Assembly: GCA_020720785.1 (NCBI GenBank)
Contig: DYOA01000004.1
Coordinates: 21,523-85,522 of the forward strand
Origin: Leptospira biflexa
GTDB lineage: Bacteria; Spirochaetota; Leptospiria; Turneriellales; DYLW01
Length of the DNA stretch: 64,000 nt
Direction of reading: 5' to 3'
The notes below the pieces were generated by a model. The model searched no databases, was not told the origin of the DNA, and saw only the letters and a program-made list of their open reading frames with translations. Positions 46,977 to 57,185 of the stretch are shown piece after piece (within the stretch, counting starts at the first letter, position 1; every line of letters begins with the position of its first letter). The position numbers and the translations under genes are program-made.

Positions 46977-47873
46977 TTATATTTGACCAATTTTTTGGTC
47001 AATTTCTGAAAGTATTTTTTCCAAATCGGCCTCTGACGGGGCCACGCCATGCCATTTGGGGTTATTTTCCATAAAGGAGACCTCACTGCCCAGAACAGTA
47101 TGAAAAAGAATGATAACTGGCTTCCGGGGGTTATCCAGGGATTTCCGGAAACTTTCCTGGATGGAGGCGATATCATTTCCCCGGCCTTGAATGACATCCC
47201 AGCCAAAGGACAGAAACTTGGCACGTAAATCTTTCAGGTCCATCACAGTGCTGGTTCTGCCATCAATCTGGATGTCATTTCTGTCCACGAACGGGAAGAG
47301 ATTATCAATTTTATGATGGGATACAGCCATCGCAGCTTCCCAGCTCATGCCTTCCTGGAGCTCACCATCGGACATGCCCAGAAAAATCTTCGCGTTGTTG
47401 TTTTGAAGCCTCAGGGAAAGGGCCAGACCGCCGGCGTTGGAAAGCCCCTGACCCAGTGAACCACTGGAATTTTCCACCTCCGGCAGATAAACCGTACTGG
47501 GATGCCCCTGCAGACGGCTTCCCAGATGCCGGAACTGCAACAACTCCTCCAGAGGAATGATCCCTGCCCTGGCCATGGCTGCATAACGAACCGGACTCAC
47601 ATGGCCGTTGCTGATGAGCACCCGGTTGCGATTATTGTTCTTTAAATCCCAGTCAGAAGCATTCAGAATAGAAAAAAATAAAACAGAATAAATGTCACTC
47701 AGTCCGATGGAACCGCCCGGATGGCCAGATTTGGCCGCATAGATCATGATAGCAATATCTTTTTTAATCCGATAGGAAAGATATTTCAAATCTTTATCGC
47801 TTCTTTCCGTATTATTTTTACGGACAATTTCATCTGCCCGATTGTCCTGCAGCAATTCCAGTAACGGTTTCAT
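46977..47873 (-). CDS. transketolase, N-terminal (thiamine-diphosphate-binding) subunit of a split enzyme
   Basis: The 298-aa ORF has 'SGHPGGSIGLSD', 'LISNGHVSP', 'GHPS', 'GSLGQGLS' and 'GDGELQEG'. No C-terminal subunit gene is adjacent. Confidence 0.9.
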   Translation of the reverse strand: MKPLLELLQDNRADEIVRKNNTERSDKDLKYLSYRIKKDIAIMIYAAKSGHPGGSIGLSDIYSVLFFSILNASDWDLKNNNRNRVLISNGHVSPVRYAAMARAGIIPLEELLQFRHLGSRLQGHPSTVYLPEVENSSGSLGQGLSNAGGLALSLRLQNNNAKIFLGMSDGELQEGMSWEAAMAVSHHKIDNLFPFVDRNDIQIDGRTSTVMDLKDLRAKFLSFGWDVIQGRGNDIASIQESFRKSLDNPRKPVIILFHTVLGSEVSFMENNPKWHGVAPSEADLEKILSEIDQKIGQI

Positions 47874-47949
47874 GCGTCAGGAATCCAGCCGGAAACACTC
47901 CGGCAAGCTTCTTTCGGTTTGCCCCACGCCACCGGGATGCAGTCCCACC

Positions 47950-49137
47950 TCATGGACCGGTAAGTGCGTATTCCAGAACATCCCGGCTGGTTTTAATTTC
48001 TTTGTTGGAAGCCCCGCGTGGGTTATAAAAATTCCCGTCCTTTTTCAGAAGCGGATGGAGGAACGCATGAAGGATGGGGTATTTTTCATCCGTGGGAAAA
48101 TCCAGCACCACCACCGGTTTGGGTCCGGTGAATCCCCGGTAAAACGCTGCCGCAAACTGGAGCTGATTATACATGGATTCATAACTGTCCACTCCAGTAT
48201 AGGGGACATTAGACCATTTTTTGCCAGGATGGTATCCGGACGCGAAAAGAAACACGGTCTCCCCTCTGTATTCGGAAAAATTCTTTTCCATATAATCCGT
48301 TATCGCATGGGCATCCACCCGTTCTTTCCGGATGTCCAGAAAATGCTGCCATTCTCCGGAGGTATTGATGCCAAAAACTATTTTTTTGTCCAGATTTCTA
48401 ATGGGGTAGCCATAGGCGACGTTCAGGCCCAGAATCTGGTTTTTAACGGAGCGGGCATCTTCCCAGGCCAATACGTTATTTCCCGAAACCGGGCGGAGCA
48501 CCAGGGACAGTCCATTTTCAGGGACTTTTTTTTCCCAGTCTGCCAATGCGGTGAAAATAGTACCGGCAAAATTCCGCAATGGCACATATTTATTCCCCGG
48601 TTCATCTCCGGTAATGGCGGCGGAAGAAATGGTAAAATATTTGGGGGAGGAACCATGATTTTTCAGGATATCCCAGGTTATCTGCATCTGGGAGCGGATG
48701 GCCCGCTGCATGGGTTCTGTGGTTTGGGAATATACCATTCTTTGACCGTTATGGGAATCCATCCACTGGACCAGAATGGGACGGGAGTAACGGATACCGG
48801 AATCAAAGAGGCCGGAAAAATACTCCCGCATGGTAGCCAGGATTTCCGGATTTTCCTTAAACCCAGAATCCAGCCACTCCAGGGAGGAAATCTCCACCAC
48901 TGAATGATCCACTTGCTGGTTTTTATAAAACATGGTATCCAGGGTATAATATTTTTCAGAATACCGGTTAGCATTGGTCGCAGAATAAGCAAATGTTACA
49001 TGCAGGGGCGATGGATGCAGGTTCTGTATGGTAATTTCCAGGGATGGTTTTTCCCTTCTCTGGTACCAGGAAACTGCCGCCAGCAGTAGCAATAAAAACG
49101 TCACAAGAGACAGAATCACAGAAATGGTTTTTCGCAT
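47950..49137 (-). CDS. hypothetical membrane-anchored or secreted protein
   Basis: The 395-aa ORF has the N-terminal hydrophobic anchor 'ISVILSLVTFLLLLLAAV'. I prefer it over the mirror-frame + strand ORF 47842..48903, which has aberrant composition. Confidence 0.6.
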   Translation of the reverse strand: MRKTISVILSLVTFLLLLLAAVSWYQRREKPSLEITIQNLHPSPLHVTFAYSATNANRYSEKYYTLDTMFYKNQQVDHSVVEISSLEWLDSGFKENPEILATMREYFSGLFDSGIRYSRPILVQWMDSHNGQRMVYSQTTEPMQRAIRSQMQITWDILKNHGSSPKYFTISSAAITGDEPGNKYVPLRNFAGTIFTALADWEKKVPENGLSLVLRPVSGNNVLAWEDARSVKNQILGLNVAYGYPIRNLDKKIVFGINTSGEWQHFLDIRKERVDAHAITDYMEKNFSEYRGETVFLFASGYHPGKKWSNVPYTGVDSYESMYNQLQFAAAFYRGFTGPKPVVVLDFPTDEKYPILHAFLHPLLKKDGNFYNPRGASNKEIKTSRDVLEYALTGP

Positions 49138-49191
49138 AGGACTTGATAAAAAAGGAATTGTACTCTGAAAACATTTTTTTATTACCGACTC

Positions 49192-50526
49192 ATGATAAAA
49201 TTATCCACCCGCTTCCGGAAAATAACGGCACGTTTATTTATTTTCGCGTTTCCCTTTCTGCCAGCCCTTGCGGTTCCCCCGGACGTACAGATTTGCCTCC
49301 ATCCTGGAGAAGGAGCCCAATTGAGGCAGGCGGATGGGAAGGAGATTCCTTATACCATAATGAAAAAAGATAAGGAACTGACCCAAATCCGGTTTTCCGG
49401 GGTTTACGCTAACCATACCATTGCATTCCAGGTCGCAGATAAAAACCGATCTTTTGTTTTTAATCCGGAGGCATACCGCAAAGTCCATGGGGATGGGAAT
49501 CCCCCTCTCATCCAAATCCCACAGGAAAATCCCTGTCTGGACTTTTCCCATACTCTGGCCACGGGGAAGCTGCCCAAAAGCATCCGTTTCACTGATGAAA
49601 ATACCATCGCCGTCCCTCTTTTATATGATGCCGGTGTGGATATGATCCAAACCCACACCGGAGCAAGACACCGGCTCCAGGTTCCCGCCCGCTATACCGC
49701 AAATAAAAAATTTGGTTTTGTGGAGACCTGGATTGTCCCCCGCTCCGGGCAGACGGAACTGTGGGTATCACAGATGTCCACCGGTCTGGTCCATGTTTTC
49801 AATCCGGAAACCCATGCATATATGAAAACCATTCCGGTGAAATCTTCCATGCCAAAAATACTCTATTCCATGGATAACTCTCCCTATCTTTACGTAACCA
49901 ACTGGAGCGGAAAAAACATATCGGTTTTGTCCAAAGATACATACAGCTTTCTATGGCACTTGCCTGCTTTGGGTCATCCCCGGGGAATTGCCCTTTCCGG
50001 TGATAAAAAATATCTGTATATTGCCCAGTATGGCAAAAACTCGGATGAAGACCAGAAAGGAAAACTGGTCAGATTCAACATGATAACAAAAAAATTTGAC
50101 GGAGAAGCCGGCACTCCGGGAAGCCAGAGACATATTGTGGTGGATGAGGAAAGAAATATTGCGTTCATTTCCAATATGGCCCATTCCATGGTCGAGGTCA
50201 TTGACCTGAACAAATTCCAGAGTATAGCCAAAATTCCCGTTTATCATAAGCCCAATACGATTGTTTTATCCAAGGATAAAAAAACCCTTTTTGTATCCTG
50301 CCGGGGACCCAATAATCCCAAAGGATATACCGAACCCGGGCTGGAGTTGGGGAGGTTGTACTTCGTCAACACATCGGATTTTTCCGTAAAAGGACATATC
50401 CAAGGGGGAAATCAGCCCACCGGACTGGATATTTCCCCGGATAACCGCTATCTGGCTTCCTCTGATTTTCTGGATAACCGCATCCGGATTTATAAAATCA
50501 AACCGGGATGCGGTGCACAAGATTAG
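49192..50526 (+). CDS. secreted beta-propeller repeat protein (YVTN/YncE-like)
   Basis: It has a signal peptide 'LFIFAFPFLPALA'. Repeated units such as 'PRGIALSGDKKYLYIA', 'PNTIVLSKDKKTLFVS' and 'PTGLDISPDNRYLASS' follow. Confidence 0.72.
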   Translation: MIKLSTRFRKITARLFIFAFPFLPALAVPPDVQICLHPGEGAQLRQADGKEIPYTIMKKDKELTQIRFSGVYANHTIAFQVADKNRSFVFNPEAYRKVHGDGNPPLIQIPQENPCLDFSHTLATGKLPKSIRFTDENTIAVPLLYDAGVDMIQTHTGARHRLQVPARYTANKKFGFVETWIVPRSGQTELWVSQMSTGLVHVFNPETHAYMKTIPVKSSMPKILYSMDNSPYLYVTNWSGKNISVLSKDTYSFLWHLPALGHPRGIALSGDKKYLYIAQYGKNSDEDQKGKLVRFNMITKKFDGEAGTPGSQRHIVVDEERNIAFISNMAHSMVEVIDLNKFQSIAKIPVYHKPNTIVLSKDKKTLFVSCRGPNNPKGYTEPGLELGRLYFVNTSDFSVKGHIQGGNQPTGLDISPDNRYLASSDFLDNRIRIYKIKPGCGAQD

Positions 50527-51602
50527 ATCTGGCTTTCAAACTCTTTCATGAAGGACACCAGAGCCTGGGCTCCTTCCATGGGATGGGCATTATAGATGCT
50601 GGCCCGTATTCCCCCCACAGAGCGGTGGCCTTTGAGCCCAATCAATCCTTTCTGGGTGGCACGCTCCACAAAGTTTTTTTCCAGGGCTTCATCATTATTC
50701 ACCCGGAAAACCACATTCATGTTGGAGCGGTCTTCTTTGGCCACCGGGCTGGTATAGACAGAAGAACTGTCTATGGCGTCATAGATCATCTGGGCTTTTT
50801 TCTGGTTATTTTTGGCCATGCTTTCCAGTCCGCCCTGCTTCTGTACCCATTCAAAAACCAGATTCACCATATAGATTCCAAACGTGGGCGGGGTATTATA
50901 CAGTGACTTTTCAGGTGCATGGGTCCGATACTGGAGCATGGTGGGCAGGGATTCCGGAGCCCTTTCCATCAGATCTTTCCGGAGAATGACCACCACCAGA
51001 CCGGAAGGCCCAATATTTTTCTGGGCTCCGGCGTAAATGGCACCAAAACGGTTCACATCCACGGGACAGCATAGAATATCGCTGGACATATCCGCCACCA
51101 GAGGAACACTTCCAGTGGATGGGAAGGATTTGAACTGGGTACCAAAGATGGTGTTATTGGAAGTAACATGAACATAGGACGCGTCTCCACTGAATTTGAG
51201 ATTATCTTTGGGGATATAGGAAAAATTCTTATCTTCCGATGACGCCACAATATTTGCGATGGATACCTTTTTAATCTCTTTCAGGGCTTTCTTGCTCCAG
51301 GCTCCGGTAACAATAATGTCCACCGGTAACTCTTTTACCGCCAGATTCATGGGAATCATGGCAAACTGGAGGGACGCCCCGCCCTGCAGAAAAAGGACTT
51401 CATAATCGGCGGAAATTCCCATAATGGCCCGCAGGCGGTCCTGGGCCTCATCATTTATTTTTGTGAATTCCTTGGACCGATGGCTGATTTCCATCACGGA
51501 CATACCCGTTCCGGCAAAATCCAGAAGTTCCCTCTGGGCTTTTTCCAGTACTTCCAGCGGCAAAACAGCCGGGCCGGCATTAAAATTGTAAACTCTGTTC
51601 AT
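50523..51602 (-). CDS. serC: phosphoserine aminotransferase
   Basis: The 359-aa ORF has 'YNFNAGPAVLP', 'MEISHRSKEF' and 'GAQKNIGPSGL', the last containing the PLP lysine context. Confidence 0.93.
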   Translation of the reverse strand: MNRVYNFNAGPAVLPLEVLEKAQRELLDFAGTGMSVMEISHRSKEFTKINDEAQDRLRAIMGISADYEVLFLQGGASLQFAMIPMNLAVKELPVDIIVTGAWSKKALKEIKKVSIANIVASSEDKNFSYIPKDNLKFSGDASYVHVTSNNTIFGTQFKSFPSTGSVPLVADMSSDILCCPVDVNRFGAIYAGAQKNIGPSGLVVVILRKDLMERAPESLPTMLQYRTHAPEKSLYNTPPTFGIYMVNLVFEWVQKQGGLESMAKNNQKKAQMIYDAIDSSSVYTSPVAKEDRSNMNVVFRVNNDEALEKNFVERATQKGLIGLKGHRSVGGIRASIYNAHPMEGAQALVSFMKEFESQI

Positions 51603-51661
51603 TGTCCTGAATTGATTCTTTATTTACCGCTTCAAGAATTTATTTATGGATTGAATCGCTT

Positions 51662-52324
51662 ATGGATATTGACCGTATGCGGATTTTTATTCTGGCTCAG
51701 GGCATTGCCTGGATTCTGCTGGCCGGTTTCCTTTTTCTGGGGCTATCCCCGGAAAAAACCCAGGGGAATATCCATAGACTTTTTTATTTCCATGTGGCTG
51801 CCGCATGGACTGCGTTTGCGGGATTTTTTCTCAGTTTCATCCATTCCGGATGGTTTTTTTTCCGCCATAAAGATCTTCCCTCCCTCCGGAGCGGATACCG
51901 GAAAATCCACCGCTTCAATCTGGTGTCTGTTGCGTTCACACTCATGGCACTGTTCCTGGGTATGTTCTGGGCAAAAGCCGTATGGGGAGTTTTCTGGAAC
52001 TGGCAGGATGCCCGTCTGGTCACCTTTTCCCTGATGCTGGGTTCCTATCTGGTATTTTTTCTTCTGGGGAAAAGCATCCCCCAAGGGGAGGACAGGTATA
52101 AAACGGGACACATCTGGAATATTCTGGCTTTTGCCAATATCCCGCTGGTTTATTTTTCCGTGAAAATATGGAATTCCTCCATCCACCCGGTAGTGGCCAA
52201 ATCCGGATCTTCCATAGAAATGAATATGGCCGGGGTGCTCATGGGCTCGGTGGTGATGCACCACACCCTTTATTTTCTATTCTACCATTTTTTAAGAATC
52301 ACGGAGAATCCCCATGAAATTTAA
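51662..52324 (+). CDS. ccmC: CcmC-like heme exporter / cytochrome c assembly membrane protein
   Basis: The 220-aa polytopic ORF has the Trp-rich motif 'WGVFWNWQDARLVT', which resembles the CcmC WGxxWxWDxRLT motif. Confidence 0.75.
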   Translation: MDIDRMRIFILAQGIAWILLAGFLFLGLSPEKTQGNIHRLFYFHVAAAWTAFAGFFLSFIHSGWFFFRHKDLPSLRSGYRKIHRFNLVSVAFTLMALFLGMFWAKAVWGVFWNWQDARLVTFSLMLGSYLVFFLLGKSIPQGEDRYKTGHIWNILAFANIPLVYFSVKIWNSSIHPVVAKSGSSIEMNMAGVLMGSVVMHHTLYFLFYHFLRITENPHEI

Positions 52325-52661
52325 TTTTCTTCCGGACAGGATACTTCCATCGGCCATTGCTTTTATATTTCTGATATGGCCCACCCTGGCCATGCCGGTT
52401 TTTTCCGCCCCTTCCAGCCAGAATCCCCTGGCGGAGGATATATTGAAGAAGAAATCCTGCATTACTCTGGAGGAAAGAACCCTGCTGGAGCAGCATTTCC
52501 GACAGAAAGCGGAAAAAAAAGCGGGAGAAAGCCTGGGGTATCTCATGGCCGGCTTTTTCTTCTATTTTTTTATCCAGACTCTTTTTATGCTTTTCCTCTA
52601 TAACCGCAGTAAAAAAATGAAACAGAATGAAAATAGGAGTGATGGCAGACACTCACAATAA
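52314..52661 (+). CDS. hypothetical membrane protein (signal peptide plus C-terminal TM)
   Basis: The 115-aa ORF has GGAG upstream and overlaps ccmC by 11 nt. Its C-terminal TM is 'YLMAGFFFYFFIQTLFMLFLY'. A CcmD-like role is only a guess. Confidence 0.45.
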   Translation: MKFNFLPDRILPSAIAFIFLIWPTLAMPVFSAPSSQNPLAEDILKKKSCITLEERTLLEQHFRQKAEKKAGESLGYLMAGFFFYFFIQTLFMLFLYNRSKKMKQNENRSDGRHSQ

Positions 52662-53112
52662 TCGGGAAGCCACCCGGAAAGCACTGGAATTGTTCCGTTC
52701 CCAAGGGATTGTGACCATCCTCCATGCCGGTGATCTGGAAGATCCCTCCATGCTGGAATATTTTCAGGATTTTAATCTGTACCTGGCTCGGGGAAATACG
52801 GATCTACTTTATCAGGAAATCAACCGGAAACTGACAGAAATGGGAAAAAATCCCATGCAAACTTTCCATGAGCTGAAACTGGATGGTAAGAATTTTCTGC
52901 TTATCCATGGGGATGATGCGATTTTCTTCCGGCAAGCGGTCGCATCCGGAGCCTATCATTATATCATCAAAGGCCATACCCATTTTACTGAAGATTATGT
53001 GCGGAACAATATCCGGGTGCTGAATCCCGGTGCCCTTTTCCGGGCCGATGAATTTACCATTGGGATTCTGGACATTCCGGAAAATTCCTGGAGATTGTTC
53101 AAAATTTCTTAA
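52627..53112 (+). CDS. metallophosphoesterase, YfcE/MJ0936 family
   Basis: The 161-aa ORF has 'MKIGVMADTHNN', 'LHAGDL', 'GNTD', 'LIHGD' and 'KGHTH'. Confidence 0.85.
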   Translation: MKIGVMADTHNNREATRKALELFRSQGIVTILHAGDLEDPSMLEYFQDFNLYLARGNTDLLYQEINRKLTEMGKNPMQTFHELKLDGKNFLLIHGDDAIFFRQAVASGAYHYIIKGHTHFTEDYVRNNIRVLNPGALFRADEFTIGILDIPENSWRLFKIS

Positions 53113-56100
53113 AGCAGATATTCCAGAATGGAGGACAACTCCCGAAGTTCATTTTTCCGGTTATAAGGTTTTATGGAAAAAATCCGTGGATCCTCCGGAT
53201 ACAGCCGGATGCGGGGGTCAGATTGGAGTAGCTCCTGGAATACTTTCAGATTCATCTTCGTTTCAGGAGAGACGGTCACCATATAAACATCCTCCTTTTT
53301 TTCCACCCGGTCAAAGCGGGCTTCCCCGGACAGGACACGGATCATTTCCAAGAAGAAAATATTTTCCATAAGCTCATCCAATCGGCCAAATCTGTCTTCC
53401 ATCTCCTTTTTCAGGGATTCCAGATCCACCCTGGTTTTACAGCGGGACATCTTTTTATAAATTTCCATTTTCTGCCGTGTATCCGTGACCATGGTGTCCG
53501 GGATGTAGTAATCATGAGGGATGACAATATTCGCTTCATAATTTTCCAATGGCTTATTTTGCATTACTGACAATTTTTCATTCAGCATATCCAGATACAT
53601 TTCAAAACCAACATTCATTATGTCTCCACTCTGCTCTCTCCCAAGAATATTCCCGGCTCCCCGAATCTCCATATCTCTCAGAGCAATCCTGAAGCCGGAA
53701 CCCAGGTCATCGTATTCCTGTATGGTATTCAGTCGTTTCTGGCTGATCTCTGATATGGCTTTCTGCGGGGAGTAGAAAAAATAGGCATGGGCCACCCTGT
53801 CTGACCGCCCCACCCGCCCCTTGAGCTGGTACAACTGGCTCAGCCCGAAAGCGTCCGCATTCAATACCACCAGAGTGTTCACGTTGGGAATATCAATCCC
53901 GCTTTCTATGATGGTGGTGGTGAGAAGAATATCAAACTGATGGTTGTAAAACTGAACCAGAATCTCCTCAATCTGGTCATCATCCATCTGTCCATGCAAC
54001 ACATTCAGGGAGGCGGCGGGATACAGGGAACGAATCCGGGAGGCCACCAGGTCAATGGTCATCACTTTGTTGTGCAGAATATAAATCTGTCCTCGCCGGT
54101 TCAGTTCATTCCGGATGGCTTCCCGCAACAGGTCATCATTCTCCTCTGTAACATAAGTTTCAATTTTCCTGCGGTTTCCAGGCGGGGTTTCAATGAGACT
54201 CAGATCCCGCAAACCAGCCAGGGACAGATGCAGAGTCCGGGGTATGGGGGTGGCCGTGAGCGTGAGGCAGTCCACATTGTTTTTCATTTTCTTGATCTGT
54301 TCTTTCTGTTTCACCCCGAATCTCTGTTCCTCATCAATAACCAGAAGACCCAGATCTTTATACTCAATTTTTTCAGAAAGAAGAGCATGGGTACCAATGA
54401 TAATATCCACATTTCCCTCTTTGATCTGCTCTAATGTTTTTTTGATTTCCATGGGTGTCTTGAACCGGCTCACGAAATCCGTATTCACAGAAAATTCTTT
54501 TAAACGGGCGGAAAAGGTATTATAATGCTGGAGCGTTAGGACGGTGGTGGGACAGAGAAAAGCCACCTGCTTACCACTCATCACGGCCTTAAATGCGGCA
54601 CGGATGGCCACTTCTGTTTTTCCAAAACCCACATCGCCACAAACCAGTCTGTCCATGGGTTTGGGACTTTCCATATCTTTTTTCACCTCATGAATAGCCA
54701 TGATCTGGTGGTCTGTTTCCTCATAAGGAAAGGAAGCTTCAAATTCTTCCTGAAAAATATTATCCGGCTTGAAAGAAAAACCCCGGGCATTCTCCCGTTC
54801 CGCATATATATCCAGAAGCTCCTCAGCCAGTTTTTCAATATTCTCACTGACCTTCTTCCTGGTTTTTTCCCAGGAGGATTTTTTACCCAGATAATCCAGG
54901 CGAATATTATCCACAGATCCAATATAGCGATGGACATATTTTAACTGCTCCAACGGAACATACAATTTATCCTCGTCCGCATACGCCAGAATCAGGAAAT
55001 CTCTTTCATAACCGCCGGCCTTCATGCGTTTTATGCCGGCAAAACGCCCCACCCCGTAATTGATATGAACAATATAATCCCCTTCGTTAATATCCAGATA
55101 GCTTTCTATGATTTCCGTATTGGTTTTCTGGATTTTCCGAAAATGGGTCTTTTTCCCAAAAATATCCATGTCTGTGAATACGTCCGTATTTTTGGATGAG
55201 AATCCCCCCCTTAATCCGCTGGGAAAAAGCAGGATGGATTTATCCCCGTTCGATGTGGTGTTGTTTTCAAAAATATGCTGCATTCTTTCCAGCTGGGCGC
55301 TATTGGCAGAAGTGAAATATTTCTTCCTTTTTAGCATTTCCACATCGTCACAGTAATCCAGAAAATCCGTGACCTTCCCTTTAAATTTCTTTTGCTCCCG
55401 TACCGGCACCCGGATTGCATCTTTTGATGGAGACAGAAGCCCCATAACATGGGATCTATCCAGAATTCTTTCCATTTCGCTTTCCGTCAGAAACATTTTC
55501 TCCACCGGAGCCCGGAGAATACCATGGGATTTTTCATAGAAAAGATTGACTTCTTCCATCAGAATCCGTGTTTTTTTTAGTATGCCCTCCTTGTCCGGAA
55601 CAACCAGGCAATAAGAATTTGGCAAATAATCCGCGAAAGGAACGGTGTTCTGGACCAGTGCAAACACATCCCATAAGCCCTGGGGAGAAGATCCGGGATT
55701 TTTCAGAAAAGCAGGGATTTCCAGTTCCGGAGATTTTTTTGCCATGGATACCAGAGCCTTGATTTCTTCTGACGAAAGATAAATATCCCGCCGGGGGAAA
55801 ATTTTAATTTCCTTTATTTTTTCAATGGAAAGCTGGTTGTACACATTAAAAAACCGGATAGTATCAATCTCATCCCCAAAAAATTCCAGCCGAACCGGAT
55901 TTTCATAGGATGGGCAGAACACATCCAGAATTCCCCCTTTGAGGGAATACTCCCCCGGAATCTCCACAATATCGGAACGGACATAGCCCATGGATTCCAG
56001 ATAGGTCAGAATTTCCGGACGGGGAATGCTCTGCCCGTTATCCAGCTTGAGGATTTTACTGGTCAGTTTATCTTTATCCGGAACACGCAGAATAAAACCC

Positions 56101-56522
56101 GGCAGGGAAGCTACCACAATCTGCCTGGAAAACCCGCTGGAATTGAGGGAGGACAGGGTGCGGGAGCGTTCCGCTTCCAGGGTCTTATCCGGTTTCAGAT
56201 AATGGAACGGCATCATTCCCCAACCCGGAAAATAAAAAATCCCCAACCGGGAAGGGGAAAAACCAAATGCATTCTGAAATACGGACGATTCCACGGACAA
56301 GGCCAGCTCACGAATAATCTCATAAAAAGAAGACGCATCGGAATCTGTTTCCAGGAGCACCACATAATCGCCCGGATCCCGGAGGGCTTTCAGAAACAGA
56401 AAAACCGGCAGAAATTCCGGATGGATACCGGCATAATCACAGTTTTTTTCCGTTCCGGCCACTAGGTTTTCCGCCACTAAGTCCAGTATCATTTTTTCCA
56501 GGATTTTATTTTCTGTTGTCAT
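53109..56522 (-). CDS. mfd: transcription-repair coupling factor
   Basis: The 1137-aa ORF has a CarD-like region, helicase motifs 'GDVGFGKTEVA', 'DEEQRFG' and 'LTATPIPRT', and a TRCF C-terminus. Confidence 0.95.
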   Translation of the reverse strand: MTTENKILEKMILDLVAENLVAGTEKNCDYAGIHPEFLPVFLFLKALRDPGDYVVLLETDSDASSFYEIIRELALSVESSVFQNAFGFSPSRLGIFYFPGWGMMPFHYLKPDKTLEAERSRTLSSLNSSGFSRQIVVASLPGFILRVPDKDKLTSKILKLDNGQSIPRPEILTYLESMGYVRSDIVEIPGEYSLKGGILDVFCPSYENPVRLEFFGDEIDTIRFFNVYNQLSIEKIKEIKIFPRRDIYLSSEEIKALVSMAKKSPELEIPAFLKNPGSSPQGLWDVFALVQNTVPFADYLPNSYCLVVPDKEGILKKTRILMEEVNLFYEKSHGILRAPVEKMFLTESEMERILDRSHVMGLLSPSKDAIRVPVREQKKFKGKVTDFLDYCDDVEMLKRKKYFTSANSAQLERMQHIFENNTTSNGDKSILLFPSGLRGGFSSKNTDVFTDMDIFGKKTHFRKIQKTNTEIIESYLDINEGDYIVHINYGVGRFAGIKRMKAGGYERDFLILAYADEDKLYVPLEQLKYVHRYIGSVDNIRLDYLGKKSSWEKTRKKVSENIEKLAEELLDIYAERENARGFSFKPDNIFQEEFEASFPYEETDHQIMAIHEVKKDMESPKPMDRLVCGDVGFGKTEVAIRAAFKAVMSGKQVAFLCPTTVLTLQHYNTFSARLKEFSVNTDFVSRFKTPMEIKKTLEQIKEGNVDIIIGTHALLSEKIEYKDLGLLVIDEEQRFGVKQKEQIKKMKNNVDCLTLTATPIPRTLHLSLAGLRDLSLIETPPGNRRKIETYVTEENDDLLREAIRNELNRRGQIYILHNKVMTIDLVASRIRSLYPAASLNVLHGQMDDDQIEEILVQFYNHQFDILLTTTIIESGIDIPNVNTLVVLNADAFGLSQLYQLKGRVGRSDRVAHAYFFYSPQKAISEISQKRLNTIQEYDDLGSGFRIALRDMEIRGAGNILGREQSGDIMNVGFEMYLDMLNEKLSVMQNKPLENYEANIVIPHDYYIPDTMVTDTRQKMEIYKKMSRCKTRVDLESLKKEMEDRFGRLDELMENIFFLEMIRVLSGEARFDRVEKKEDVYMVTVSPETKMNLKVFQELLQSDPRIRLYPEDPRIFSIKPYNRKNELRELSSILEYLL

Positions 56523-56534
56523 TTTTCCACCGGC

Positions 56535-57062
56535 TCACTTTTTTCTATAATAATTTCTCAGGTATGGAATATCTCTTTCCAGTTTAATTTTCTTATGAGA
56601 AACCTTATTTCTCAGATATTCATAGGCGGCCACCGCCACGGAATTGGAAAGATTCATGGAACGGACTTCCCCCCACATGGGAATTCGGACAGAGGTTTGG
56701 GCATAATCCCGTAGCAACCGGGGCGGAAGACCATGCCCTTCATTTCCAAATATCAGAATATCATTATCTGAAAACGGGAACTCCCAGAGATGGCTTTCCC
56801 CTTCCTTGGAAAACACCACCAGCCGGGATTTGGGATTTGCCAAAATAAAATCTTTCCAGCGGGGATATATTTCCAGATGCAGATGTTCCCAGTAATCAAT
56901 CCCCGCCCGCCTCAGACTTTTGTCATCCATCCGGAAAGCCGGATTTCCAATGATGCTCAGCTTGCCATGGATTCCCACGCACAAACGGACAATATTTCCG
57001 GTGTTCGGCGGAATCTGTGGTTTATACAGGGCAATATGAACTGAATCATGAAAAACGGACAT
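56535..57062 (-). CDS. trmL: tRNA (cytidine/uridine-2'-O-)-methyltransferase TrmL (SpoU family)
   Basis: The 175-aa ORF has 'PQIPPNTGNIVRLC', 'LIFGNEGHGLP' and 'RSMNLSNSVAVAAYE'. Confidence 0.88.
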   Translation of the reverse strand: MSVFHDSVHIALYKPQIPPNTGNIVRLCVGIHGKLSIIGNPAFRMDDKSLRRAGIDYWEHLHLEIYPRWKDFILANPKSRLVVFSKEGESHLWEFPFSDNDILIFGNEGHGLPPRLLRDYAQTSVRIPMWGEVRSMNLSNSVAVAAYEYLRNKVSHKKIKLERDIPYLRNYYRKK

Positions 57063-57185
57063 TTTACTTTTGACTTATTATTATTTTTTTGTTTACAGTG
57101 CGAAAAACATAGTCAGGTAGTCAATCGACTCTTGCAGTATTTACTGTTGGATATTAATTAGTTATAGATAAAACAGGAGAAGAAA

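Noticed and set aside
47842-48903. A 353-aa + strand ORF overlapping the 395-aa minus-strand hypothetical gene.
   Set aside because: It has the same codon-aligned antisense phase as the other shadow ORFs, an odd composition and no N-terminal signal or ribosome-binding site. The minus-strand ORF has a signal-anchor and ordinary composition. Neither has homology I can name, so the choice is less certain than for argD.
57063-57185. Sigma-70-like hexamers between trmL and the ferredoxin gene (TTGACT at 57069, TTGCAG-N17-TAATTA at 57132-57160).
   Set aside because: The matches are weak and the region is AT-rich, so such hexamers are expected by chance. I do not call a promoter without transcription start data.
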